NCBI GenBank assembly: GCA_963716865.1
Contig: CAVQUF010000002.1
Location: forward strand, 86,316-150,315
Direction of reading: 5' to 3'
Length of the DNA: 64,000 nt
From: an uncultured Actinomycetes bacterium
Lineage (GTDB): Bacteria; Actinomycetota; Thermoleophilia; Gaiellales; Gaiellaceae
In this document: positions 27,247-36,427 of the stretch, one piece after another
Numbering within the stretch: position 1 is the first letter of the stretch
How the letters are laid out: each line of letters starts with the position of its first letter
Translations under genes and position numbers: made by a program
The notes under the pieces: model-generated
The model's input: the letters and a program-made list of their open reading frames with translations, nothing else
Told to the model about the DNA's origin: nothing
The model's database searches: none

Positions 27247-27288
27247 GCCTAGAGTTTGCTGGATTGAGGCGCCGGTACACTCCCGCGC

Positions 27289-28272
27289 GTGTCTCTGAGC
27301 GGGAAAACGATCCTGATGACGGGCGGCGCGGGGTTCATCGGCACCTCCCTCGCGCGGCGCCTGGTCGGGGAGAACGAGATCGTCATCCTCGACAACCTGC
27401 ACCGCGACTCGCTCACCGGGACCGAGCTCGCCGAGCACGCGAACCTGCGCTTCGTCCAGGGAGACGTGCTCGACCTTCCGCTCATGCAGGAACTGTCCGC
27501 GGACGCGACCCACGTCGTCCACATGGCGGCGATCGCGGGCGTCGACAAGGTGCTCGAGAGCCGTGTGCGCACGATGCGCGTCAACCTGATCGGCACCTAC
27601 AACGTGCTCGAGGCGGCGCACGAGGCGGGGACGATCGAGCGACTGGTCGACTTCTCGACCAGCGAGGTCTTCGGCACGCACGCCTACAAGGTCGAGGAGA
27701 CGCATGTCACGTCGCAGGGCTCGGTCGGCGAGGCTCGCTGGACGTACGCGGTCTCGAAGCTCGCCGGCGAGTACCTCGCGCATTCCTACTTCGACGAGTT
27801 CGGCCTGCCGGCCGTGTCGGTGCGGCCGTTCAACGTCTACGGCCCGGGACAGGTCGGCAGCGGCGCGATCCACCACTTCACCGTGCGCGCGATCGCGGGT
27901 GACGAGCTCGTCATCCACGGCGACGGCTCGCAGATCCGCGCCTGGTGCTACGTGGACGACGTGGTCGAGGCGCTGCTCGTGATCCTCGAGAGCGACGAGG
28001 CCGTCGGGCAGGTCTTCAACATCGGGAACCCGCGCTCCGTCGTCACGGTGTTCGACCTGGCAGCCAGGATTCGCCGGCTCGCCGGGTCGGAGTCCGAGAT
28101 CGTCTTCAAGCCGCTCCACTACACCGACGTCGAGATGCGGATCCCGAACGTGGACAAGGCCCGCAAGCTGCTCGGCTGGGAGCCGAAGATCGACCTCGAC
28201 GAGGGCCTCGCGCGCACGATCGGGTGGTACCGCGAGCGGCGGCCCGTGCAGAGCCTGGCTCCTTCCGCGTGA
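27289..28272 (+). CDS. NAD-dependent epimerase/dehydratase (extended SDR)
   Basis: ILMTGGAGFIGTSL and YAVSKLAGE (YxxxK). Confidence 0.9.
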   Translation: MSLSGKTILMTGGAGFIGTSLARRLVGENEIVILDNLHRDSLTGTELAEHANLRFVQGDVLDLPLMQELSADATHVVHMAAIAGVDKVLESRVRTMRVNLIGTYNVLEAAHEAGTIERLVDFSTSEVFGTHAYKVEETHVTSQGSVGEARWTYAVSKLAGEYLAHSYFDEFGLPAVSVRPFNVYGPGQVGSGAIHHFTVRAIAGDELVIHGDGSQIRAWCYVDDVVEALLVILESDEAVGQVFNIGNPRSVVTVFDLAARIRRLAGSESEIVFKPLHYTDVEMRIPNVDKARKLLGWEPKIDLDEGLARTIGWYRERRPVQSLAPSA

Positions 28273-29852
28273 AACTCGCGCTCGTCGCGGCGGCGGCGGC
28301 GGCGGTCGTGGTCGGGGTTCCTGGCGCAGGGGCGCAGGGGAAGCCGGCTCTCCGGCTCGTGGGCTTCGGCCCGGCCGTGATCAGCCCGAACGGCAACGGG
28401 ATCAACGACGCCGTGCACCTGCGCGTGCGCGCGCCGGCAGGCTCGGTGCTCGGGCTGCGCGCGTACTTCTGGGGCGGGCGGCTCCACGGCTGGCACCGGA
28501 TCCGGACCGGCGTCACCGAGACCGCCGCCGCGAGCGGCACGACGACGCTGACCTGGGACGGGACCAACACCCTCGCCGGCCGCGAGGTCGGCGACGGAAC
28601 CTACTTAGTAACAGTCTGTTACAAGGATCCGGGGCACAGGCTGCCGCCGGTGATCCCGCCGGCGCAGCAGCGGCCGGGGGCCGCCGAGGAGACGGTCACG
28701 AACCCGCCGTGGCACTTCTCCGGGTGCCTGAAGGAGCCGCGCGCCCTGCGGGTCGAGCGGCTCGCGGCATACGTGGACTCGACCTCGAGCTTCGGGCCGG
28801 GACAGCGCCCTCCGCTCGTGGTCTCGGCCGACGGCGGCCGGGCGCGCGTGCGGCTGGAGCAGGACTGCTCGGGCCGGGACTTCCCCGCCGGGCGGCTGCC
28901 GCGCGGGCTCCGCTCGGGCCTCTACCACTACATCGCGACCGATCCTGCCGGCGACGAGTTCGAGGCGCCGCTCGTCGTCCGCAACGGTCGCTTTCCGGTC
29001 GACGACCCGCCTGCGCACACGGCGCTGCTCGTCTGGCCGTACCTGACCTGGCGCGCGTACAGCGCCTACGACGCCGACCTGAACGGGATCCCCGACACGT
29101 GGTACCAGTGGTGGCGGCAGCGGCGCGTCTCGTTCGTCGGGCCGCTGCTGCAGCGCGGGGAAGAGGACGACCACGAGGCCGCGGCGCCGTTCGAGCGCTG
29201 GGCCTGCGCGCGCAACGTGCGCGTCCAGAGCGTCACGGACGTCGAGCTCCGGCACATCCCGTTGTCGGCCCTTCGACGCTACGCCGCGGTCGTCTACCCG
29301 GGGCACAGCGAGTACTACCAGCCCGGGACCTACAACCTGCTCCGCCGCTACCGCAACGGCGGCGGGCACCTCTTCATCCTGCAGGCGAACCCGTTCTACC
29401 GGCCGGTGCGGATCGACCGGCGGCACAACGCGATGATCCTGCTCGACTTCGACGCGCGCAGCGCCCGCCGCTCCGACTTCGCGCTCGCGGGGGTCGGCTA
29501 CGACGGCTGCTGCTTCCCGCGCTCGCGGGCCGCGCCGTACGTCGCGGCGACCGGCCGTGACTACGCGCGCGTGCGCTGGCTCTTCCGCGGCACGGGGATC
29601 GGCCCTGGTGACAGCTTCGGCTACGCAGGCTCCGAGAGCGACAGGATCGACCCGGCGTGGACGCCGCGAGACCACGTGGTCGCGGCCGAGGCGATCATGC
29701 CCGGCAAGTTCGGCGTGATCAACGCCGCGCTCGTCTGGTCGCGGGCCGGCCGGGGAGAGGTCCTCTCGACCGGCAACTACGACTTCCTGCGCATGGGCAG
29801 GGGCCTGACCTGGAAGCTGCTCGACAACGTGTGGCGCAAGTTCGTCGGCTAG
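28269..29852 (+). CDS. Secreted protein: signal peptide + FlgD-Ig-like domain + domain resembling the N,N-dimethylformamidase beta-subunit-like (DUF6605-type) fold
   Basis: VKLALVAAAAAAVVVGVPGAGAQG signal, ISPNGNGINDAV, then LLVWPYLTWRAYSAYD, YPGHSEYY, GGGHLFILQANPFY. GTGA overlap upstream. Confidence 0.55.
   Translation: MKLALVAAAAAAVVVGVPGAGAQGKPALRLVGFGPAVISPNGNGINDAVHLRVRAPAGSVLGLRAYFWGGRLHGWHRIRTGVTETAAASGTTTLTWDGTNTLAGREVGDGTYLVTVCYKDPGHRLPPVIPPAQQRPGAAEETVTNPPWHFSGCLKEPRALRVERLAAYVDSTSSFGPGQRPPLVVSADGGRARVRLEQDCSGRDFPAGRLPRGLRSGLYHYIATDPAGDEFEAPLVVRNGRFPVDDPPAHTALLVWPYLTWRAYSAYDADLNGIPDTWYQWWRQRRVSFVGPLLQRGEEDDHEAAAPFERWACARNVRVQSVTDVELRHIPLSALRRYAAVVYPGHSEYYQPGTYNLLRRYRNGGGHLFILQANPFYRPVRIDRRHNAMILLDFDARSARRSDFALAGVGYDGCCFPRSRAAPYVAATGRDYARVRWLFRGTGIGPGDSFGYAGSESDRIDPAWTPRDHVVAAEAIMPGKFGVINAALVWSRAGRGEVLSTGNYDFLRMGRGLTWKLLDNVWRKFVG
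28605..28624. repeat. Repeat family C, solo copy inside a CDS (TTAGTAACAGTCTGTTACAA)
   Basis: Read directly. Encodes LVTVCY with codons TTA GTA ACA GTC TGT TAC, which are visibly atypical for this GC-rich gene. Confidence 0.75.
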
Positions 29853-31294
29853 CCCTCTGCGCCGCCTGCGCGCTGCTGCTGGCCGGGTGCGGGCACTCGT
29901 CGACGCCCAAACCCCCTCACGGCGGGCCGACGCTCCGGCTCGCGCTTCCGGCCCTGCCGAACACGGTCGATCCGGCCAAGGCGGCTGACCTGCCGTCCCT
30001 CAACATCGCGCACGAGATCTACGCGGGCCTGACCCGGTTCTCCGGGCGAGGCGTCGTGCCCGACCTGGCCGACTCGTGGGCGCGGAGCGAGGGCGGCCTC
30101 GTCTGGACGTTCCAGCTGCGCAAGGGCCTGCGCTGGAGCGACGACCGGCCGATCCGGGCCCAGGACTTCCGGGCGGCCTGGCTGCACGCGCTCGACCCGT
30201 CGACGCGCTCGGCGTACGCGCAGGCGGAGATGGGGAACATCCGCGGCGCCCGCCGCTACCACGCGACCGGCCAGGGCGAGGTCGGCGTCGAGGCTGTGGA
30301 CGACCGCACGCTGCGCGTGACCCTGGAGCACCCGGTGCCGTGGCTCGACCAGCAGGTCGCCTGGCCCGTGTTCTTCCCGCGACCGCCGGCTGCGGGCGCG
30401 TACAGCGGGCCGTTCCGGCTAATCGACGAGCCCAGCGGGCACCCGGTGCTCGAGCGGAACTTCAACTACTGGAACGCGGCCGCCGTGAAGCCGAGCCGCC
30501 TCATCCTGACGACCGCGACGAAGGGAGCCGACGCGATCCTCCCGCGCAACGTCGCGCCGCCCGGCTTCCACTGGGTCCAGACGGCCGCGGCGCCCAGCGG
30601 CTGGCGGGAGCTGCCGACGCTCGCCAGAGGGCTGCTCTGGCTCGTGACGCGCGGGACGCCGCTGGCCGACCCGAACGCGCGGGCGTTCGTCTACCGCTCG
30701 GTGCTCCAGATCGACCCGCGGCCCGGGCCGCTCGTCCCCCCGGCGATGCCGGGAGCCGCGACGGTCAACGCGGGCAGCCCGAGGCTGCGCGACTTCTCGA
30801 CCGCGCCGCCGGCGACGCTCACGCTCGCCTATACCCGGCAGGACGTGGAAGGCACGCAGCTCGCGAACCGGATCCGCACTCGGCTCGGCCAGGAGGGCGT
30901 GGAGGTGAGCCTGAAGGCCGTCCCCACGCTCTCACAGCTCGTCCGCCTCGCCGGCCCGCCCGCCCAGCCGGGGATCGACCTGGTGCTCCTCGGCTGGAGC
31001 TCCGAGTACTTCGACGCCTACAACCTGCTCGACCTGTTCCCGTGCGGGAGCGCGTTCAACGTCGCGCGGTGGTGCGATCCGTCCTACGACCGGCTGATGC
31101 GCCGCGCGGTCCGCACGCTCGACGACCGGTCGCGCTGGCGGCTCGAACGGAGGCTCGCCGCCATGGTCGAGGACGCGGTGCCGGCGGTTCCGCTCTACTC
31201 GCCGAAGGAGCACGTCCTCCTGAACCACGGCGTGGTCGGGTTCCGCTGGTCGCCGATCGGCTTCTACGAGCTGATGGGCATGACCCGCTCGTAG
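29831..31294 (+). CDS. ABC-transporter substrate-binding lipoprotein, family 5 (peptide/nickel/oligosaccharide type)
   Basis: Lipobox LLLAGC; LVWTFQLRKGLRWSDDRPIRAQDF. GTG 29831 (track ORF 29657). Confidence 0.8.
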   Translation: MAQVRRLALCAACALLLAGCGHSSTPKPPHGGPTLRLALPALPNTVDPAKAADLPSLNIAHEIYAGLTRFSGRGVVPDLADSWARSEGGLVWTFQLRKGLRWSDDRPIRAQDFRAAWLHALDPSTRSAYAQAEMGNIRGARRYHATGQGEVGVEAVDDRTLRVTLEHPVPWLDQQVAWPVFFPRPPAAGAYSGPFRLIDEPSGHPVLERNFNYWNAAAVKPSRLILTTATKGADAILPRNVAPPGFHWVQTAAAPSGWRELPTLARGLLWLVTRGTPLADPNARAFVYRSVLQIDPRPGPLVPPAMPGAATVNAGSPRLRDFSTAPPATLTLAYTRQDVEGTQLANRIRTRLGQEGVEVSLKAVPTLSQLVRLAGPPAQPGIDLVLLGWSSEYFDAYNLLDLFPCGSAFNVARWCDPSYDRLMRRAVRTLDDRSRWRLERRLAAMVEDAVPAVPLYSPKEHVLLNHGVVGFRWSPIGFYELMGMTRS

Positions 31295-32250
31295 ATGCCG
31301 AGCACCTGCCGCGCGACCGTCGTGTGGGCATGCACGCGCTCGACGTACTCACGGCTCTGGCGGCCGAGCTCCGGGAGCGACCCGCGCACGTCGATCAGCC
31401 CGGCGAGCACGTCCTCGAGATCCGACTCGCTCGACCGCACGAGCGGCAGCTCGACCCCGAACGCCTCCTCCGTCTCGGCGGCCGCCTCCTCGTCGAGGTG
31501 GACGACGACCGGCTTCGCGAGCGCCATCGACTCGATCGCGAGCATCCCGTACCAGCCGACCCGGAGCTGGTCGACGACCACGTCGGCCGCCGTGTAGCGG
31601 AGACGCGCCTCGCGGTTCGGGACGCCCTCGATCAGGTCGAGCTCGATCGGCGCCCCGCGCGCCCGTAGCGACTCGACCGCCGCGAGCACGGTGTCGGTCC
31701 CCTTGACCGCGCGCTTGCTCGGCGCGTGCGCGACGCGGAGCATGTCGCCGGGCTCCGTCGGCGCCGGCTCCCAGTCGGCGAGGACGATCGCAGGCGGGAC
31801 GACGTCGTAGTCCGGCCAGGGCCCACGCGGCGCGAGGCGCCGCGTGAGGAAGCTTCCGACGATCACCGCCCCGGCCCGGTGCAGGTAGCGCACCTCGGAG
31901 GCCGCCCGCCCGCGCAGGTCGGAGCCCCACGACTGGAACACGATCCCCTTGTGCATGAGCCGGAGGGCCGGCAGGTTCAGCCTCCGCGGCAAGAGCGTCA
32001 GGCCCGCGTGGAAGTGGAAGACATCGAAACGCGGAGCGGCCCACGCGAACGCGCGCAGCTGCTTGGGGAGGTTGAACGGCACGCTCGAGACGCGGCTCGT
32101 GTCCCGCAGCTCGAGGTTCACGTCGAAGCCGCGCTCGAACGGTCGCTCGTTGAAGACGAGCAGCGTGCTCTCGACTCCGAGCTCCCGCAGGCCCTGCGAG
32201 ATCGCGCCGGGGCCGCCGGCGACGTTGATGGGCGCGTGAAGGACTCTCAA
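31264..32250 (-). CDS. Glycosyltransferase, GT1-fold (GT4-like)
   Basis: LRVLHAPINVAGGPGAISQGL and the C-terminal GWYGMLAIESMALAKPVV. TTG start at 32250 overlaps the upstream stop (TTGA). Confidence 0.65.
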   Translation of the reverse strand: MRVLHAPINVAGGPGAISQGLRELGVESTLLVFNERPFERGFDVNLELRDTSRVSSVPFNLPKQLRAFAWAAPRFDVFHFHAGLTLLPRRLNLPALRLMHKGIVFQSWGSDLRGRAASEVRYLHRAGAVIVGSFLTRRLAPRGPWPDYDVVPPAIVLADWEPAPTEPGDMLRVAHAPSKRAVKGTDTVLAAVESLRARGAPIELDLIEGVPNREARLRYTAADVVVDQLRVGWYGMLAIESMALAKPVVVHLDEEAAAETEEAFGVELPLVRSSESDLEDVLAGLIDVRGSLPELGRQSREYVERVHAHTTVARQVLGIYERVMPISS

Positions 32251-33465
32251 GCCAATGCGCGCGCAGCGTCGATCTCGACGTCCAGCGCCTGGAGCGCCCG
32301 CTCCGTGAGGGCGTCGAGCTCCGCCTCGTCCGGCGCGGTCAGCAGGAGGTAGCCCAGCCGCTCGGCGCCGGACACGAGCGGCGGTAGCACCATGCCCTCG
32401 CGCCAGTAGAAGCCGGCCTCGTGCACGCCCTCGAGCGCGAGCGCAGGCGTTGCATCGAGCCGCACGATGCGGCCCGGAGGCGCGACGACGAAACGGACCT
32501 GCCCGCACGGCGCGACGGCCTCGCCCGGCTCGAGCGCGTCGCGCGTCAGCTCTCCGAGCGACCAGAGCACGTTCGCCTGGATCGCGTCGAAGCCGGTGAC
32601 GAGCTCGGCCAGCTCCGCATCCTTGCCGCCGCCGAGCCTGGCGCCGACCTCGATCACCCACGGCCGCCCGTCCTCGAGCCGCAGCTGGACGTACGACGGG
32701 CCGGTCTCGATCCCGACCGCGCGGCTGGCGCGGTGCGCGAGCTCGAACAGCTCGCGCTCCTGCTCGGCCGTGAGGCCCGAGGGGTAGCGGTGAGCCGTGC
32801 AGACCCCGAGCGGCGGCGGCGGGTGCAGGAGCCGCTGGGTGACGCTCATCGGGAAGTACTCGTCCTCGAGCAGGAAGCCGTTGACGGTCAGCTCCTCGCC
32901 CTCGACGTAGCGCTCGAGCACGACCGCGCCGGTGCGGGAAGCCGCGAGCGCCCGCTCGAAGGCCGGCTCGAGCTCGCCCTCCGTGCGCACCTCGCTCACG
33001 CCGCGCTGCCCGGAGCCGTCGACCGGCTTGAGGACTGCGGGCAGGCCGAGATCGCTCGCGGCAAGGGTGGCATCATCGGGGCTGCCGACCTCGCGGCCGC
33101 CGGGCGAGGCGACCCCGGCCGCCTCGAACGCAGCTCGCATCCTCCGCTTGTCGGCGACCGTCTCCGCGGTCCGCACGGAGAGCCCGGGGAGCCCGAGGCG
33201 CTCGTGCGAGCCGCGCGGTCGGGAGCACGGCCAGGTCGGAGCCCATCGTCGCGACCGCGACCGGCTCGATCCCGAGCTCGCCCAGGTCGGCGAGGACGCC
33301 GTCGACGTCGGTGAAGCTCCGGACGACCGGGTAGTCGGCCTCGGCGAGGAGCGGGGCGGTCGCGGCTCCGTCGACCACGCACACCTCGTGCCCGAGCGCG
33401 CGGGCGCGCTCCAGGAGCCCGAGCTGGGACCTCGAGCCTCCCGAGAGGACGAACGCCTTGGGCAC
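32247..33465 (-). pseudogene. ATP-grasp ligase (paralogue of 40938..42053) interrupted by a frameshift near 33203..33212
   Basis: N-terminal part VPKAFVLSGGSRSQLGLLERARALG...VAVATMGSDLAVLPTARLA is in one frame (track 33073..33465). HERLGLPGLSVRTAETVADKRRM...LKPVDGSGQRGV...VIEVGARLGGG is in the next. Span is 1219 nt = 3n+1. Confidence 0.7.
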
Positions 33466-33466
33466 G

Positions 33467-34330
33467 TCAGGCCGCCGGCGCGGATCGCCACGACTCGAGC
33501 AGCATGCGCAGGCCGTCCTCGAGGCCGACCTCGGCCCGCCAGCCGAGGGCGCGCAGGCGCTCGACGCTGATCGTCGGCGCGACCCGACCGGGCGGCGGCT
33601 CGACCTCGTCGATCAGCTCCTGCGGCGCTCCGGCCAGGTCGCAGGCGATGCGCGCGGCGTCCGTCATCGCGATCGGGTCGGCGTCGGAGCCGACGTTGAA
33701 CACGCCTTCCGCATCGGCCTCGAGCACGAGGCGGATCGCCCGCGCGGCGTCGCCGATCCAGCACCACGTGCGCATCTCTCCACGGTAGGCCGGGATTCGC
33801 TCGCGGCATGCGGCCTGCCAGAGCATGCTCGGGAGCGCGCCCTTCCCCTGTCCCGGCTCGAGCCCGGGCCCGTACGGGTTCGCGAGGCGGACGACGACGA
33901 GCCCGTCCGGCGCGTAGAGCTCGGCCGTCTGCTCTCCCCAGCGCTTCGTCAACCCGTAGAGGCTCTCCGGGGCCGGGGGCGTCTCCTCGTCGGCGAACGC
34001 GGCGACCCCGTAGACGTCCGCGGTCGAGACGTAGGCGATCCTGGCGCCGTGGGCGGCGCACGCGCGCGCGACCATCAGCGTCCCGAGCACGTTCGAGCGC
34101 AGGGCCAGGAGCGGCTCCTCGTCACAGCGCACCACCCCGATCCGGGCCGCGGCGTGCACGACCACGTCGGGCTTCGCCTCGGCCACCGCGCGCTCCGCGA
34201 CTCCGTCCTCGGCGAGGTCGCCGCTGCGACGCTCGAGCGCATGGACCTCGTAAGCTCGATCGCCGTGACGGAGCTCCTCCACGACGGCCCGCCCGACGAA
34301 GCCCGAGGCTCCCGTGACCAGCACTCTCAT
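33467..34330 (-). CDS. NAD-dependent epimerase/dehydratase (SDR)
   Basis: MRVLVTGASGFVGRAVV and SLYGLTKRW (YxxxK). This is the C-terminal 287 aa of track ORF 33467..34870. Confidence 0.85.
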   Translation of the reverse strand: MRVLVTGASGFVGRAVVEELRHGDRAYEVHALERRSGDLAEDGVAERAVAEAKPDVVVHAAARIGVVRCDEEPLLALRSNVLGTLMVARACAAHGARIAYVSTADVYGVAAFADEETPPAPESLYGLTKRWGEQTAELYAPDGLVVVRLANPYGPGLEPGQGKGALPSMLWQAACRERIPAYRGEMRTWCWIGDAARAIRLVLEADAEGVFNVGSDADPIAMTDAARIACDLAGAPQELIDEVEPPPGRVAPTISVERLRALGWRAEVGLEDGLRMLLESWRSAPAA

Positions 34331-34843
34331 CGCGGGCGAGTCTACTGGCGCTCCTGTCTGCTCCTGGCGGCGGCGCTGCTGCTCGCAGGCTGCCACGGCT
34401 CGAAACGGGCGAGCCCGGAGCCGAAGCCCGGCCCACGGTTGTCCTTCCGGGCGCTCGACGCGCAACACCAGCGGCTCGTGGCGAGCTACGAGCCGGTCAG
34501 CCGCGCGCTCACCGCCTACGAGCTCGCGTACCGCGACTGGCGCAACGGCCGCCTCGGCACCCCGGCGCTGGTCGCGCGCATGACCTCCTTCCGGGCCGTG
34601 GTCGCCAGCGCGCTCGGGCGCCTGCGGCGAGACCCGGCAACCGGGGCGACCGCGGACGGGAAGCGCCTGCTCGTGGCCGCGCTCGCGGCCCGTCGCCGCG
34701 CGCTCCTGGCCGCCCCCGGAAGCGAGCCGTACCGGGAGGAGTGGAACCGCTCGGTGGTGGACGCGCGGAGAGGGTTGACCCTGCTCCAGAACATCCGCGA
34801 CCGGGCCAGGCTGATCCCGCTCCCGGAGGACTCGGTCAGCTAG
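34265..34843 (+). CDS. Putative lipoprotein, unknown function (start uncertain)
   Basis: Lipobox LLLAGC within track ORF 33458..34843, followed by a helical, Arg/Ala-rich body. The nearest in-frame canonical start is GTG 34265. Confidence 0.4.
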   Translation: MTELLHDGPPDEARGSRDQHSHRGRVYWRSCLLLAAALLLAGCHGSKRASPEPKPGPRLSFRALDAQHQRLVASYEPVSRALTAYELAYRDWRNGRLGTPALVARMTSFRAVVASALGRLRRDPATGATADGKRLLVAALAARRRALLAAPGSEPYREEWNRSVVDARRGLTLLQNIRDRARLIPLPEDSVS

Positions 34844-34845
34844 AG

Positions 34846-34864
34846 CCCGACGGTCGTCGTCGGG
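34846..34864 (+). terminator. Stem-loop CCCGACG-GTCGT-CGTCGGG after the lipoprotein gene
   Basis: Perfect 7-bp GC stem starting 3 nt after the stop; no U tract (I-shaped type). Confidence 0.4.
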
Positions 34865-34887
34865 TGACAAGCACGCTGGCCCAGCCC
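34861..34887 (+). repeat. Repeat family D, copy 0 (short variant, left edge of lower-GC insert)
   Basis: CGGGTGACAAGCACGCTGGCCCAGCCC. Confidence 0.6.
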
Positions 34888-34921
34888 AGTGCTACGAGTG
34901 CTGGCGGGCTAGGCTGAGTTG

Positions 34922-35490
34922 GTGGTGGGGTCGGGGTACACGATTAAGGCTCTCGATGAGTCGAGCTGGGATGCGTTCGCCAGGCTGGTCGAGGCGAATA
35001 ACGGCGTCTTCGGGGTTGTTGGTGCATGGGCTTTCATCCGGATGACAGCCGCGACCCGGCGTTGAACCGGGAACGCAAGCTCGCACGGGTGCGGGCAGGC
35101 AGGGCACATGCGGCCCTTGTGTTCGATCGCGAGGACTGTGTGGGTTGGTGCCAGTTCGGGGCGCCGGACGAGGTGCCGAAGATCAAGAACCGCGCTGCCT
35201 ACGAGAAGAGCCTCACGACCTTGCCGGACTGGCGGATCGCCTGCAACTTCGTCGGCAAGGGGCACCGGCGCAAGGGCGTCGCCACGGCGGCGCTCGCCGG
35301 GGCGCTCGATCTGATCGCCTCTCTCGGAGGCGGCAAGGTAGAGGGCTATCCCGAGGGCGCGGGTTCGGTTCCTGCCGGCTTCCTCTTCAACGGCGCCCTG
35401 TCGACCTACGAAAAGCTGGGATTCGTCCGCGACCGCCGGATCGGCAAGCACCGCTGGGTCGTCACCAAAGTCGTCGAGCCAACGTCGTAG
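34922..35490 (+). pseudogene. GNAT-family N-acetyltransferase interrupted by a 1-nt frameshift in a G run (35012..35015)
   Basis: YTIKALDESSWDAFARLVEANNGVFG is in one frame. (G)CWCMGFHPDDSRD...KGHRRKGVATAAL (track 35026..35490) is in the -1 frame. Span is 569 nt = 3n-1. Confidence 0.7.
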
Positions 35491-35508
35491 GCGACCTCGC
35501 GACGCTCA

Positions 35509-35537
35509 GGGGTCATTCCGGAACACTGGCCCAATCC
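35509..35537 (+). repeat. Repeat family D, copy 1
   Basis: GGGGTCATTCCGGAACACTGGCCCAATCC, 19 nt after the GNAT stop. Confidence 0.75.
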
Positions 35538-35701
35538 ACGCTCGCCACCCTCGACACATCAAGAGGTCCGGCGCATCAGTGGGGCGACCTCAGCCGAGGG
35601 TCCCCGTCCCGGCAGCACCCTGTCGTCCAGATCAGGCGAGGCGCTTGACAGAGGTTACGATCGACGATTCGCAACGACCCGCGCTACACGGAGGTGGTCG
35701 G

Positions 35702-36340
35702 ATGAACGACAACCCGAAGTGGCAGGTCGCGCGCCTCGACAAGATCGAGCGGCGCGACAGAAGTATCCCGGTGCGCGAGCACCTCGGGATCCACGCATTC
35801 GGAATCAACGCCTACACGCCCGGCGAGGACGGCACGCTGATCAACGAGCACGACGAGTCCGGGTCGGGCCAGGAGGAGCTGTACATCGTGCTCGACGGGA
35901 AGGCGACCTTCGAGGTCGACGGCGAGACGGTCGACGCGCCCGCAGGGACATTCGTGTTCGTCCCGCCGGAATCACGGCGGAAGGCGACCGGGGACGGAAC
36001 CGTCCTCGCCCTCGGCGCGACACCCGGCGAGGCGTACCAGGCGCTCGACTGGGGTGAGGCGTGGCCGCTCCACAGCGAGTCGATGACCGCCTACGGCGAG
36101 CAGCGCTACGCTGACGCGCTCGACGCGGTCCGCCGTGGCCTCGAACGCTTCCCGGATCAGCCGGGCCTCAATTACAACTACGCGTGCTTCGCAACGCTCG
36201 CGGGCGAGACCGGCGACGAGACGTTCGCCCACCTCCGACGGTCCGTCGAGCTGTTCCCGCCGTTCCGCGAGCAGGCGCGAGCGGACGATGACCTCGCCGC
36301 CGTACGCGACGACCCGCGGTTCGAGGAGGCTCTTCGCTGA
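35702..36340 (+). CDS. Cupin-domain protein with helical (TPR-like) C-terminal extension
   Basis: EELYIVLDGKATFEVDGETVDAPAGTFVFVPP is cupin_2-like. ATG 35702 (track ORF 35579). Confidence 0.7.
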   Translation: MNDNPKWQVARLDKIERRDRSIPVREHLGIHAFGINAYTPGEDGTLINEHDESGSGQEELYIVLDGKATFEVDGETVDAPAGTFVFVPPESRRKATGDGTVLALGATPGEAYQALDWGEAWPLHSESMTAYGEQRYADALDAVRRGLERFPDQPGLNYNYACFATLAGETGDETFAHLRRSVELFPPFREQARADDDLAAVRDDPRFEEALR

Positions 36341-36345
36341 GCGCG

Positions 36346-36368
36346 CAGCTCTCGACCTCGAAGAGCTG
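36346..36368 (+). terminator. Stem-loop CAGCTCT-CGACCTCGA-AGAGCTG after the cupin gene
   Basis: Read directly; starts 6 nt after the stop, no U tract. Confidence 0.4.
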
Positions 36369-36402
36369 AGACTAAGGTCCGCCCACTTGCGGGATGTCCG
36401 TC

Positions 36403-36427
36403 GGGTGACATTCCCGAGCACCGCCCC
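36403..36427 (+). repeat. Repeat family D, copy 2
   Basis: GGGTGACATTCCCGAGCACCGCCCC. Confidence 0.7.

Noticed and set aside
32247-34061. Treating track ORFs 32247..34061 (604 aa) and 33073..33465 (130 aa) as two separate genes.
   Set aside because: The first 280 or so residues of the 604-aa ORF are antisense or low-complexity sequence overlapping the real epimerase (33467..34330). The 130-aa ORF is the missing N-terminal domain of the ATP-grasp protein, so one frameshifted gene explains both.
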